DNA from: Pseudomonadota bacterium
Lineage (GTDB): Bacteria > Campylobacterota > Campylobacteria > Campylobacterales > Sulfurimonadaceae
Length of the DNA: 64,000 bases
Reading direction: 5' to 3'
Assembly (NCBI GenBank): GCA_043797085.1
Contig: JAZDQA010000006.1
Coordinates: forward strand, 64,001 to 128,000
Shown here: piece after piece, positions 19,483 through 29,882 of the stretch
Layout: every line of letters starts with the position of its first letter
Position numbering within the stretch: the first letter of the stretch is position 1
The notes under the pieces: generated by a model
The model's input: the letters and a program-made list of their open reading frames with translations, nothing else
What the model was told of the DNA's origin: nothing
Database searches by the model: none
Made by a program: the position numbers and the translations under genes

Positions 19483-20432
19483 TTAGCACCTCGACCCAGT
19501 CAAAACTTTCACTCTTACTCCCAAACCAAAACAAGGTGCTCTCCGAAATCATCAAACATGCCTCCCCTGAGCAACTAAATAATTTACAGGAAAAAAGTAA
19601 TCTTAAATCCTTTTTAGGATCACTTTTTCGCGATACTCTCACCAATACTAAATCCGATTCAATACTCCTCGATATGCTCAAAAGCAATCCCTCCTTTAAA
19701 AATATGGGGAATTTCACCGATAATCTCAAAATACTGCTAACGTCATTAAAAGAAGAACCTTCTCTCTCACCAAAACTTGTTAAGCTTGAGAGCTTTGTAC
19801 ACTCTATTCAGACCATAAATGTCCCGATTTTAAAAGAAAAAATGGTAAATTCAGGTGTTTTTATGGAATCTAAAATGGCTTCTTTAGCCGATGCGTCACT
19901 CCAAGAGGTTGAACTGAGTATGGGGCGCGATGTCAAATCCAATCTTTTAACCCTTCAATCTGACTTAGAAAAACTGAATTTACCCAATAAAGAAGCACTC
20001 CAAACGCACATCGATCAGCTCATCACGAACATTGACTATCATCAGCTTCTTTCTCATCTAAGCGGTGCTAATTCACTTTATTTTCCATTTAGCTGGAATC
20101 AGCTTCAAGAGGGAAGTGTTACGTTTAAAAAAGCCAAAGGAAAAAAGTTTTACTGTGAAATCAATCTCATACTCAAAGAATACGGTGAAATTGACCTGAT
20201 GATGGGGCTTTATGAGGAAAATCAACTCGAAATCCAAATACACACCGAAAAAACTTCCTTAAAAACACTGATTCAAACCCATCTTGAACTTTTACGGACG
20301 CTGCTCATCGATGTAGGAATCACATTGCGTATTATTCGTATCCATGAGACCAAAGATCTCCAAAACCCCTCCTCAATAGCTTATACCTCTGAAACAACGA
20401 ACAGCCATACTGGCTTTGAGGCACTTGGATGA
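19479..20432 (+). CDS. Flagellar hook-length control FliK-like protein
   Basis: NSGVFMESK and C-terminal FYCEINL.LKEYGEI.LM pattern; adjacent to an FlhB-like gene. Confidence 0.7.
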   Translation: MISTSTQSKLSLLLPNQNKVLSEIIKHASPEQLNNLQEKSNLKSFLGSLFRDTLTNTKSDSILLDMLKSNPSFKNMGNFTDNLKILLTSLKEEPSLSPKLVKLESFVHSIQTINVPILKEKMVNSGVFMESKMASLADASLQEVELSMGRDVKSNLLTLQSDLEKLNLPNKEALQTHIDQLITNIDYHQLLSHLSGANSLYFPFSWNQLQEGSVTFKKAKGKKFYCEINLILKEYGEIDLMMGLYEENQLEIQIHTEKTSLKTLIQTHLELLRTLLIDVGITLRIIRIHETKDLQNPSSIAYTSETTNSHTGFEALG

Positions 20433-20683
20433 AAAAGGCTGTCGCTCTAAGCTATGATAAAATAAAAGACAGAGCACCAAAAGTCATTGCGAAAGGGAAA
20501 GGAGATACAGCTGAAATCATCATAAAAATTGCAAAACTGCATAATCTCCCCATCACCCAAGATGAAGATCTCGTCGAATTGCTCAGTAAAGTCGAAATCG
20601 ATCATGAGATTCCCGATAAACTCTACATAGCCGTCGCTGAAGTGTTTAAATTTCTTTATACGATTACCCATAAAGAGCCCTAG
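20429..20683 (+). CDS. FlhB C-terminal domain-like (EscU/YscU family) small protein
   Basis: KAVALSY....APKVIAKG, EIP..LY.AVAEV. Confidence 0.9.
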   Translation: MKKAVALSYDKIKDRAPKVIAKGKGDTAEIIIKIAKLHNLPITQDEDLVELLSKVEIDHEIPDKLYIAVAEVFKFLYTITHKEP

Positions 20684-20705
20684 AAAATTATGCTACACTT
20701 TCATC

Positions 20706-21146
20706 ATGAAAAAATATACAAATCCTTTTTGGGAAACCAAACAACTCCATGAACTTACCAATGAAGAGTGGGAGGCGTTGTGCGATGGCTGCGGACTGTG
20801 CTGTTTACACAAACTCCAAGATGAAGAAGTCGAAGACGCTCCTGTTTTAATGACACGTGTCGTTTGCCGCTGTTACAATCTTCAAGCGCACGGGTGCAGT
20901 GATTATTCAAACCGACAAAAAATCGTCCCCGAGTGTACGGCGCTTACTGTAAAAAGAGCTTCCGAATTTGAGTGGCTTCCACAAACCTGCGCCTATCGTT
21001 TACGCCATCATAATCTTCCGATCCCGCTATGGCATCCGCTTATCACGGGGACACGCGATAGCGTTCGACCGTATAGCGTTCATGCTCTTAATCCTGTTCT
21101 CGAAACTGAAACCATCGATTTCGAAGAGTATCTCATCCAAAATTAA
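20706..21146 (+). CDS. YcgN-family cysteine-cluster protein
   Basis: FWETK.L..L..EEWEALCDGCGLCC, WLPQTCAY, WHPLITG. Confidence 0.9.
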   Translation: MKKYTNPFWETKQLHELTNEEWEALCDGCGLCCLHKLQDEEVEDAPVLMTRVVCRCYNLQAHGCSDYSNRQKIVPECTALTVKRASEFEWLPQTCAYRLRHHNLPIPLWHPLITGTRDSVRPYSVHALNPVLETETIDFEEYLIQN

Positions 21147-21222
21147 AATTATTATAAAAAAGATACCTTAATCTTCATAATGGCATAATTCATCATTATA
21201 CGATTGAGTAGGAGTTGAAAAC

Positions 21223-21594
21223 ATGACGGTTCTTTTGGTGGATGATAGCAAAATTGTACGAATGTTTTTGAGAAATGTTTTAAGGAGAATTGTAGGAACT
21301 GAAACCATTTTTTTAGAAGCAGAAAATGGCGAAATGGCTCTTGAGCAGATGAAAAATGCTTCCGTTGATCTTATGATGCTTGATTGGAATATGCCTATTA
21401 TGGGAGGAGAGCAAGTCGTGGATATTATTCGTGCCAATCCTGCCTACAAAAAGACCCGCATCATCATGGCAACCACTGAAGGCGGGAGAAATGATGTGCT
21501 TCGTATGATTAAAAAAGGGGTTAACGGATATCTCGTTAAGCCGTTTATTGAAGCAAATATTATCAAATCAATTGAAGCGCTGCGAATACGCTAA
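21223..21594 (+). CDS. Single-domain CheY-like response regulator
   Basis: LLVDDS, LDWNMP, TTEG, YLVKPF. Confidence 0.9.
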   Translation: MTVLLVDDSKIVRMFLRNVLRRIVGTETIFLEAENGEMALEQMKNASVDLMMLDWNMPIMGGEQVVDIIRANPAYKKTRIIMATTEGGRNDVLRMIKKGVNGYLVKPFIEANIIKSIEALRIR

Positions 21595-21598
21595 TTTC

Positions 21599-22210
21599 TT
21601 AACGTATCGTGCATTTTAGCAATCGAGGATCGTTTCTATGCTCTATCAAAATTCGCTTTACACGATCTTGCCAAAGCATAGCAAATAACTCTCGCTGCGT
21701 CGTATCCGCACGATCCGATGCAATCAGAGGAAGCAACTCACCCATGCGTGGGTCACTCATAACAAAAGAGGGATTGTAGCTAAGGGTTACTCGCTTACTT
21801 GTATCAACACGCTCAAGCGCCATCTCTCCTTCTATCTCTGCATTGTAAAAAAGCAACTGTCGTCGATCAAATTTTCCTGCAAGACCATGAAAGCCACCCA
21901 CATCGGTTGCTCCTGTAATCATAGAGGCAACATTTGCAATCACCCCTACGACTCCCTCACCGAGCGTACCCTTCATTAGAACTTTAATCTCTCCACGTAC
22001 AGGTGTTTCATCCTTATACAGTAATTTAAGTCCTTCTTGGACCATCAAAAATGCACCGGCTACTGTAGGACACGAGTGACCTGCGAGTTTTACCACATCT
22101 CTATACGTATAGTCAATTATACCGTTATTCGCAGCTCCAAGTACCTCGCAGAGCGGATCACGCACTACTATAGGTGTAACATCATTAAAAAAATCGGGTG
22201 TTCTCATCAT
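21599..22210 (-). CDS. FmdE-family protein
   Basis: AGHSCPTVAGA motif, GF.GL.GKF.R. Confidence 0.75.
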   Translation of the reverse strand: MMRTPDFFNDVTPIVVRDPLCEVLGAANNGIIDYTYRDVVKLAGHSCPTVAGAFLMVQEGLKLLYKDETPVRGEIKVLMKGTLGEGVVGVIANVASMITGATDVGGFHGLAGKFDRRQLLFYNAEIEGEMALERVDTSKRVTLSYNPSFVMSDPRMGELLPLIASDRADTTQRELFAMLWQDRVKRILIEHRNDPRLLKCTIR

Positions 22211-22266
22211 CTCTCCCTAAAAAAAGAGATTATAATATTTTTATCTGCTTTAACCATTGACCTGCA

Positions 22267-23121
22267 TCAATCACGTGATACAATCTCACGCAATGCCTCT
22301 TCAAATGTCGGATATAAAAACTCAAATCCGCTTTGCAAAAGTTTCTGGGGATACACCTCTTTCGAATCAAGCATAACCGACGACCCTTCACCAAAAGCAA
22401 GTTTGACAAGCCATACCGGAAGTGTAAAAAAGGTTGGGCGATGCAATACTTTTCCAATAATTTTGGTTTGAGATGCATTGGTAAGGGGGTGAGGTGCCGT
22501 GAAGTTTACGATACCGTTTAAATTAGCATGGTCAATTAAAAAAGCGCAAGCACGAACGAGATCGTCTAAATGAATCCATGAAACGAGTTGTGTTCCATCA
22601 CCCATTTTACCCCCCAATCCCATTGTAAAAGGGGGAAGCATTTTTTGCATTGCACCGCCGCCTTTCCCGCATACAACTCCAAATCGCATCACACATACTC
22701 TCGTTTTCTGTGCTGCAAATGTTGCCTTTTCCCAATCCATGACCAAAGTAGCCAAAAAATCATCAGCAAAGAATTCAGAGGCTTCGGTATGCTGATGATT
22801 ACCGTCATAAATACCGACTGCAGATGCATTTATAAATGTAGAAGGAGGAGTGTTACATGCAGCAATGGCGGCTACCAGTTTGTCGGTACTTTCCAAACGG
22901 CTCTGACGTAATATATTTTTATAACTCTCACTCCAGCGCCCCAAGATATTGGCACCTGAAAGATTAATGAGCACATCTGCGTTGTCAATCGTTTCAACAA
23001 TTTTTTCAACTGAGGTATCGCTACGAATACTCAAACCCACAACCGTATCGGAGCGTTTAAGTAAATAAGTACATAATGCACTTCCGACAAATCCACTCAT
23101 TCCACATATAACAATTTTCAT
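22267..23121 (-). CDS. TIGR01777/YfcH-family NAD-dependent epimerase-like oxidoreductase
   Basis: GMSGFVG, INLSGANI..RWS, ASAVGIY, GLGG..GDG.Q..SWIHLDD. Confidence 0.9.
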   Translation of the reverse strand: MKIVICGMSGFVGSALCTYLLKRSDTVVGLSIRSDTSVEKIVETIDNADVLINLSGANILGRWSESYKNILRQSRLESTDKLVAAIAACNTPPSTFINASAVGIYDGNHQHTEASEFFADDFLATLVMDWEKATFAAQKTRVCVMRFGVVCGKGGGAMQKMLPPFTMGLGGKMGDGTQLVSWIHLDDLVRACAFLIDHANLNGIVNFTAPHPLTNASQTKIIGKVLHRPTFFTLPVWLVKLAFGEGSSVMLDSKEVYPQKLLQSGFEFLYPTFEEALREIVSRD

Positions 23122-23133
23122 ATTTTTTTCCTT

Positions 23134-24897
23134 TTACAGCGTACTAAATTTTATAATTACTTGATTTCGACCCTGATCTTTTGCCATATAAAGCTGGTCA
23201 TCTGCTTCTTTGTAAATCTGTTCATGGGTCATGATAGCTTCAGGATGATACACAAAAATCCCCATAGAGATGGTAACATACTTTGAAGCATCGCTATTTT
23301 CATGTAAAATTGCCAATTTTTCTATGTCATTTCGTATACGACTTCCAAGCAAGAAGTATTCTTCGTCACTCATATTCGATATCACTATTGCAAACTCTTC
23401 ACCCCCCAGTCTAAAAGAATATTCACCGCTTCTGGTAGTATACAGCTTTAAAATTTTGGCAATGCGTATCAAGACATCATCTCCTGCTTGATGCCCATAC
23501 GTGTCATTGTACAGTTTAAAATGGTCAACATCCAGCATCATCAATGCTATAGTATGATTATGTCGCTTAGCACGGTTCATCTCTTCTTGAATGGTTAAGA
23601 TGTAATGCCGTCGATTATACAGTTCAGTCATAGGATCAGTAATTGCCAGTTCTTGAAGTTTTTTAGTTTTAGCCTCAATGCGTGTTTCCAACGTACGATT
23701 AAGCTCTTCAAGCTCACTTTTTTGAGTCTTTAGTACAATATTTGTCTCATATAATTGTGTCACTTTTTGTTTGATCTCAATCGCCATTTTTTGAAATGCG
23801 TGGGTAAGTAATTGCCACTCGTGATCGTATTGGCTGCTGTTGATCTCAATATCATAGTGACCGTTTGAAATCAATAAGGCATTATGGCTCAATTCTTGAA
23901 TCGGTTTTGCAAACGAGCGCAGTGCAATAATAATCATAAAAAAGACAACCATAACACCAATGAAAAATAATAACAGTAACGATGTTGTTTGCTTGTACCA
24001 TTCGTACAGTAATTCACTTTCGTCAATTTTAACCATCATGCCGCAACGAAGCTCTTTTTGATAGCCCCAGGCAACAACCGAGTTCTCCCCTGTTTCGTCA
24101 ACCATATACTTTTGCCCTCTTCCGCCACGTACAGCTTCATAGATTGGATTATCCTGAGGTAATATTAAAAAGGTATGCGGGGAAATTTTAGTGTGACGAG
24201 TGGCAAACATATTTATAAGTTTTTCATTGTCTATGACAGCGGTAAGCACTTCACCTGTTTTTCCAAGCTCACTGGAATCATTAACAACAGCTTGAATTGT
24301 TTTATTATCAATTTGGGCAGCTGAAATACCAATAATTTTTCCATTATGAATAATCGGTTCAGCTATAAAAGCAGCATAATCATTACTTGGCTCATAAAAA
24401 TGAAATTCAGATACATAAGGTTTAGTATTTTTTAGGGCATCTTTAAATACATGAGCCAGCTGTGAAACACGATAATCACCGGTTAAAAGGTTGGTGTACA
24501 AATCAGATTCATGCTTTACACTATAAATAATTTCACCCTCAAGTGAAATTACAAAAATATCATAAAATCCATTTTGTTTGGCAATAATAGTTAGTTTTTT
24601 TTGTAAACTTTCCGGTGAGTGCTTCCAAAAATATTTTTCAAAAATACTATGATGACGCGAGGCAAAATAAAAAAGTTCAGTTATATTTGTTAAAGAGACA
24701 TAACGTTGCTCAACATAGTTATCTATGGCTTCAATTTTATGATTAAGAATGTTATTAATGCGGTTCAGACCATTATGACGAATGGTTTCACGCACTTCCA
24801 AACCGATAAATAATAAGATAGTAAAACTAAAAATGGCAATGGAACTAAGCCAAATAATAGTTCGCTTAAGTATCGTCATTTTATTCGTCAAATACAT
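23134..24897 (-). CDS. Membrane diguanylate cyclase (Cache sensor, HAMP, GGDEF)
   Basis: Two TM helices around a periplasmic domain (YDIFVI, FYEPS), DPMTELYNRR, DVDHFK.YNDTYGH, RLGGEEF. Confidence 0.92.
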   Translation of the reverse strand: MYLTNKMTILKRTIIWLSSIAIFSFTILLFIGLEVRETIRHNGLNRINNILNHKIEAIDNYVEQRYVSLTNITELFYFASRHHSIFEKYFWKHSPESLQKKLTIIAKQNGFYDIFVISLEGEIIYSVKHESDLYTNLLTGDYRVSQLAHVFKDALKNTKPYVSEFHFYEPSNDYAAFIAEPIIHNGKIIGISAAQIDNKTIQAVVNDSSELGKTGEVLTAVIDNEKLINMFATRHTKISPHTFLILPQDNPIYEAVRGGRGQKYMVDETGENSVVAWGYQKELRCGMMVKIDESELLYEWYKQTTSLLLLFFIGVMVVFFMIIIALRSFAKPIQELSHNALLISNGHYDIEINSSQYDHEWQLLTHAFQKMAIEIKQKVTQLYETNIVLKTQKSELEELNRTLETRIEAKTKKLQELAITDPMTELYNRRHYILTIQEEMNRAKRHNHTIALMMLDVDHFKLYNDTYGHQAGDDVLIRIAKILKLYTTRSGEYSFRLGGEEFAIVISNMSDEEYFLLGSRIRNDIEKLAILHENSDASKYVTISMGIFVYHPEAIMTHEQIYKEADDQLYMAKDQGRNQVIIKFSTL

Positions 24898-25047
24898 GGA
24901 TTCAACCTTTAATCGATCGACTGTTCTATCATAAAACTTTATAATAGTAAAGATGACAATTTTTATCTATTAAAGGTATTTTCTACATGCCTTGTGAATA
25001 TTAGTAACAAAATTTGATAAAAATGTAATTTTGATGCGCTCCCATCA

Positions 25048-26697
25048 TTATCTATTGTAATCGTACATTTTGAGATAATATTCATGTGCCATGCGTCCTG
25101 AGTCAAATGCCGGAAGAACATCGGACATGGCACTTTTCATGATTTGTATCCAATGCTCAGGTTTGTCGTAGTACATTGGAATGATCTCATTTTCAAGCAT
25201 ATTCATGAGATTTTTGTTATCTTCAGCGTCTTGAACCTCGATTGGTGTCGTGTGGTCAATGGGTGGGATAGTGAATGAATTACAGCCATGTTTAGCAAAT
25301 TCAGGATGCCATCCATCGTCTGTTGAGAGGTGAATCGATCCATTCATACTTGCCGTCATCCCGCTTGTACCGCTGGCTTCTCTCGAAACTCTGGGAGTAT
25401 TTAGCCATACATCGGAACCTTTTTTAAGCATTGCTGACAATTCAAGCTCATATCCAACAATAACTGCCATATTATTGAAGCAATGACTGCTATGGATTAA
25501 TTCATTAAAAGCGTTGATGGCATTGGTATCGAATGGATAAGGTTTACCCGCCCAAATAACTTGAATCGGTTTTTCAGTGCGTTCTAAAAGACGTTTAAAG
25601 CGTTCATAATCATGCTTTAGTAGTCCTGGGCGTTTGTATTCCGCAAAGCGTCGTGCCCAAACAATGGTCAAAATATCCGGATCAAACATTTTACCCGTCT
25701 GATCGGCAACAACATTAAATAATAGACGTTTCAAGTGTTTTTTTCGCCCAATCAATGCATAATCTTCATGTTCATCGAGAGCAGAAAGCATCCCTTTATC
25801 AGTCCAAAAACGGCGATTTTGAGCATTGGTAATATAAATTATCTCAGAACGTCCTTCGCACTGTTCCCACATCCGATTCGCTACTTCTCCATGAAACTTT
25901 GAAACGGCATTGGTAATCTTCGATGAGCGCAAAGCTCCTACGGTGAGATTAAAAGTTTCATCATTTTCCATTTTCATAATCGTCCGCACAGTACCCAAAT
26001 CAAGACCGTTAAAGAATCCAAATTTATGGAGTAGAAAGATACTGTGCTGCTCATTTCCAGAATCTTCAGGGGTATGGGTCGTAAAGACAACCTTCTCTTT
26101 GACCTTCTCCATATCCTGATACTGCGCATACAACTCATAAACGAGAGGAAGCGCATGTCCCTCGTTCATATGATAGATATCAATTTTTTGTTTTAATGCT
26201 TCCAGTACTTTTATACCGCCAATTCCCAATATTATTTCTTGAGAAATACGAGTCTCTTCATTGCTATCATAGAGTTTATGGGTGATAGTACGTGCTAAAA
26301 AGTCGTTTTCAGGAATATCCGTTGAAAGTAAAATAAGAGGAGCAGAACCAAACACATTGGGTGGAAGATAGAAAGCCTTGATATGAACTTCTTGCGAGTG
26401 AATAGTGACCGTTGCACGAACACCCAAATCTTCGAGAAAATAATAATGCTTACGGATAAATTCAGCTTTTAAATAACGCTTTTCGGTACGCAATTGATCG
26501 TAATAGCCAAAGCTCCACAAGATACCGACTCCCACTACATTTTGTCGTAGATCGTAAGCGCTTCTCATATGGGAACCTGATAAAAATCCTAACCCGCCGG
26601 AGTAAACTTTCAATGCCTGATGAATGGCAAATTCCATCGAAAAATAAGCGACGCTCGTGGAGTATTTCGAGTCAAACTCGTAATCGTGTAAAATCAT
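25048..26697 (-). CDS. glgP: Short alpha-glucan (glycogen) phosphorylase, GT35
   Basis: VAYFSMEF, YSGGLG, HMNEGH, FTTHTP, WARRFAEYKRP, EASGTSGM(T)A. Confidence 0.9.
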   Translation of the reverse strand: MILHDYEFDSKYSTSVAYFSMEFAIHQALKVYSGGLGFLSGSHMRSAYDLRQNVVGVGILWSFGYYDQLRTEKRYLKAEFIRKHYYFLEDLGVRATVTIHSQEVHIKAFYLPPNVFGSAPLILLSTDIPENDFLARTITHKLYDSNEETRISQEIILGIGGIKVLEALKQKIDIYHMNEGHALPLVYELYAQYQDMEKVKEKVVFTTHTPEDSGNEQHSIFLLHKFGFFNGLDLGTVRTIMKMENDETFNLTVGALRSSKITNAVSKFHGEVANRMWEQCEGRSEIIYITNAQNRRFWTDKGMLSALDEHEDYALIGRKKHLKRLLFNVVADQTGKMFDPDILTIVWARRFAEYKRPGLLKHDYERFKRLLERTEKPIQVIWAGKPYPFDTNAINAFNELIHSSHCFNNMAVIVGYELELSAMLKKGSDVWLNTPRVSREASGTSGMTASMNGSIHLSTDDGWHPEFAKHGCNSFTIPPIDHTTPIEVQDAEDNKNLMNMLENEIIPMYYDKPEHWIQIMKSAMSDVLPAFDSGRMAHEYYLKMYDYNR

Positions 26698-26703
26698 TTC
26701 AAC

Positions 26704-27951
26704 TCAGCTTTCAAATTTTTTGTATAAAATCTGCTTGCCCAGTTCAACTCCCGGTTGGTCGTAAGTATGAATGTGCATCATCGCACCGACCAAAGAAGTT
26801 AAGAGTTCATAATACATGATAAGCGTACCGATATTTGCCTCATCACGCTTAGGAAATACAATCTGATCCGTCGGGATACCGTTCATCTCCAGACTCTCTT
26901 TAGTCGCATCGCATTGAAGATTTATGAGGATATTAAAGTTTTTGGTGTTAACAAAATCAGTCATTTCGAGATATTTTAAGGAAATATTCGGGATGACGAG
27001 AGGCGTTTCAAAATCCTCAATCGTGAGAAAAGTGACCGTCTTATCCTTGGGTCCCTCAATGAGCAGCTGCAAAAATGAGTGCTGATCAACTGAACCGATC
27101 AACGATGCGGGAGTTAACCCGACACTCTTGCCCGATGCGTCGATTTTACCCAAAGACTCTCCCCATAGCTGAACATACCATTTACACAGATTTTCCAGTT
27201 CATTGGCATAGGCAAAAATGACATTGATCGTTTTTTCGTGGCTTCGGAGGTAGAGATACGAAGCTTTTGTCAAAAGATGATCCTCTTTACGCTCAAAAAA
27301 GCGCTGCAAGAAACTTTCTGCTCCCTCAAGCAATGCTTTCGTATCGTATCCTGCCAATGTCAATGGAACGATTCCCACCGCACTTAAAACTGAAAATCTT
27401 CCTCCGACGTTCTGAGGAATCGAAAACTGCGTAAGATCATAATGGTCACCGAATTTGGACAATGCCGAACCATGATCGGTTATGATGAGGATTCGTTCTT
27501 TATCACCGCCTTCTATCTCCAAACCAAAATGGGAAATAATCGTTTTAAAAATAGAGATGGTCTCTATCGTTGTTCCCGATTTTGAGATGATGATAAAGAG
27601 AGTATTTTCTTTTGTAAGTTTATTCAACGTCTCTGAGATAATGATCGGATCGGTGTTCTCGAAAAAATGCAACGTTCGAAGATTGGTTGCTTTTGATTTT
27701 AGCAACGAATCAATCCCTTTTGTCCCTAATGAAGAACCGCCGATTCCGACAATCGCAATATCCCGAATCTTTCCGGATGCAAAAATAGAGTTTTTTTGTT
27801 TAAAATCCTCAAGGCGATCAATCAATCCGTCAGAATCTGAGGGCAATGCATAATAACCGACCGTTTGGCTATCACATTCTTCACGAACACTCGCAAAAGC
27901 AGCTTCTTGGATAGGGGTTTGGGTTTCATCGAAATCGTGTTTAAAAATCAT
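26704..27951 (-). CDS. pgi: Glucose-6-phosphate isomerase
   Basis: GIGGSSLG, ISKSGTTIET, VGGRFSVLS, QLWGESLGK, DQHS, DQPGVELGK. Confidence 0.95.
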   Translation of the reverse strand: MIFKHDFDETQTPIQEAAFASVREECDSQTVGYYALPSDSDGLIDRLEDFKQKNSIFASGKIRDIAIVGIGGSSLGTKGIDSLLKSKATNLRTLHFFENTDPIIISETLNKLTKENTLFIIISKSGTTIETISIFKTIISHFGLEIEGGDKERILIITDHGSALSKFGDHYDLTQFSIPQNVGGRFSVLSAVGIVPLTLAGYDTKALLEGAESFLQRFFERKEDHLLTKASYLYLRSHEKTINVIFAYANELENLCKWYVQLWGESLGKIDASGKSVGLTPASLIGSVDQHSFLQLLIEGPKDKTVTFLTIEDFETPLVIPNISLKYLEMTDFVNTKNFNILINLQCDATKESLEMNGIPTDQIVFPKRDEANIGTLIMYYELLTSLVGAMMHIHTYDQPGVELGKQILYKKFES

Positions 27952-29882
27952 AGTTTCTCCTGCGATATATGTTTGATGTAAAGTACCCCTAGAGGGGGAA
28001 GTGTTAGTGTAATTGTAAACTCTCGTGCGTGTGTAGATTCTGAAACTGCCTCAATAGATACACCATTCCCAATATTCCACCCTTCGTAGAGAGAGGATTG
28101 GGAATTAAAAATCTCGACATACTCGCCTGCATCCAAGACGCCCATTTTATAATTTTCACGTGTTGCATCGGCAAAGTTGCACACCACATAGATCTTTTCT
28201 GATGGGCTTGTGCTTTTTCGAACAAAACTGATGCAGTTATGACTGAAATCTTGATCATCAATCCATTCAAACCCTTCACGTTTTTCGTCCAACTGATGTA
28301 AAGCAGGTTCGTTCGTGTAGAGTCGATTCAAATCAGAAACCATCTTTTTCAACCCTGCATGAAGTGGATTTTCTAAGATGTGCCAGTCCAAAGAGCGTTC
28401 AAAATTCCACTCGGAATATTGGGCAATCTCACCCCCCATAAAGAGAAGTTTTTTACCCGGGTGCGCCATCATATAGCCATACAATGAGCGTAAATGAGCA
28501 AATTTTTGATTGGTGTCTCCCGGCATTTTGTTGATTAGGGAACCTTTCATATGGACGACCTCATCGTGACTTAGAGGAAGCATGAAATTTTCATCAAAAC
28601 CATACCACATGCTAAAAGTCAGCTGTGCATGGTGGTGCTGTCGGTGAATCGGATCAAAACTCATGTATTTGAGCGAATCGTGCATCCATCCCATGTTCCA
28701 TTTAAACCCAAACCCTAAACCGCCGACATCGACAGGACGGGTGACCATCGGATAGGCAGTTGATTCTTCGGCAATCATTAAAATGTCGGAAAATTCTCCA
28801 TAAAGACTGGTGTTGAGTTTTTTCAAGAATTCTACGGCTTCGAGATTAATGTCTCCGCCATCTTTGTTGGGAATCCACTCCCCCTCTTTTCGGGCGTAGT
28901 TGAGATACAGCATCGACGCGACTGCATCCACACGAATCCCGTCGATGTGGTATTTATCCACCCAAAACATCGCTGAGCTGATGAGAAACGACTGGACTTC
29001 GTTGCGCCCGTAATTAAAAATGATGCTTCCCCACTCCGGATGATACCCCTGACGCGGATCATTATGTTCATACAGTGCGGTTCCATCAAAATTAATCAGT
29101 CCGTGCATATCGACCGCAAAATGCGACGGTACCCAGTCCATAATCACCCCGATACCATTTTCGTGAAGAGTACTGATAAGGTACATCAAATCCTGCGGTG
29201 TCCCAAAACGGGACGTTGCGGCAAAATATCCTACAACCTGATATCCCCAAGAACCGAAAAACGGATATTCGGTGAGAGGCATAAACTCAACATGGGTGTA
29301 GTTCATCTCTACTAGATACTCGACCAGTTCAACGGCAAGTTCACGATAGGTTAAAAAGCGCTCTCCCTCTTCTACGTTTCGTCTCCATGAACCCACGTGC
29401 ATCTCATAGACGCTGATAGGGGCATCATGGGCATTGTTGACATGACGATTTTGCATCCATTTACTATCGTCCCACCCGTAATCTTCTAAGCTCCACACTC
29501 TTGAAGCCGATTTTGGAGGTAATTCAGCAAAGAATCCAAACGGGTCACTTTTATCATGGATGATGTTATGAAACTGCGAGATGATGTGATATTTGTAAGT
29601 AATCCCCTGCTCTACACCCTCAATAAACCCTTCCCAAATCCCTGATTCATCGGGACGTAATGCGAGAGGATGGGTGAGCGTATCGTAGTCGTTAAAATCA
29701 CCCCGCACACTGACACTGGCTGCATTGGGTGCCCACACGGCGAAATAGACCCCTGATTTTCCCTCATGCACCATCGCATGGGAACCTAGTTTATCGTAGA
29801 GCTTGGTATGCGTTCCTTGCTTGAAGAGGTAAATATCCATCTCACTCAAACGCGAAATATCATAGCGTATCGGATTATTCAT
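27948..29882 (-). CDS. glgB: 1,4-alpha-glucan branching enzyme (GH13)
   Basis: FAVWAPNA, YEMHVGSW, SWGYQ, GIRVDAVASMLY, AEEST, LSHDEVVH. Confidence 0.97.
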   Translation of the reverse strand: MNNPIRYDISRLSEMDIYLFKQGTHTKLYDKLGSHAMVHEGKSGVYFAVWAPNAASVSVRGDFNDYDTLTHPLALRPDESGIWEGFIEGVEQGITYKYHIISQFHNIIHDKSDPFGFFAELPPKSASRVWSLEDYGWDDSKWMQNRHVNNAHDAPISVYEMHVGSWRRNVEEGERFLTYRELAVELVEYLVEMNYTHVEFMPLTEYPFFGSWGYQVVGYFAATSRFGTPQDLMYLISTLHENGIGVIMDWVPSHFAVDMHGLINFDGTALYEHNDPRQGYHPEWGSIIFNYGRNEVQSFLISSAMFWVDKYHIDGIRVDAVASMLYLNYARKEGEWIPNKDGGDINLEAVEFLKKLNTSLYGEFSDILMIAEESTAYPMVTRPVDVGGLGFGFKWNMGWMHDSLKYMSFDPIHRQHHHAQLTFSMWYGFDENFMLPLSHDEVVHMKGSLINKMPGDTNQKFAHLRSLYGYMMAHPGKKLLFMGGEIAQYSEWNFERSLDWHILENPLHAGLKKMVSDLNRLYTNEPALHQLDEKREGFEWIDDQDFSHNCISFVRKSTSPSEKIYVVCNFADATRENYKMGVLDAGEYVEIFNSQSSLYEGWNIGNGVSIEAVSESTHAREFTITLTLPPLGVLYIKHISQEKL

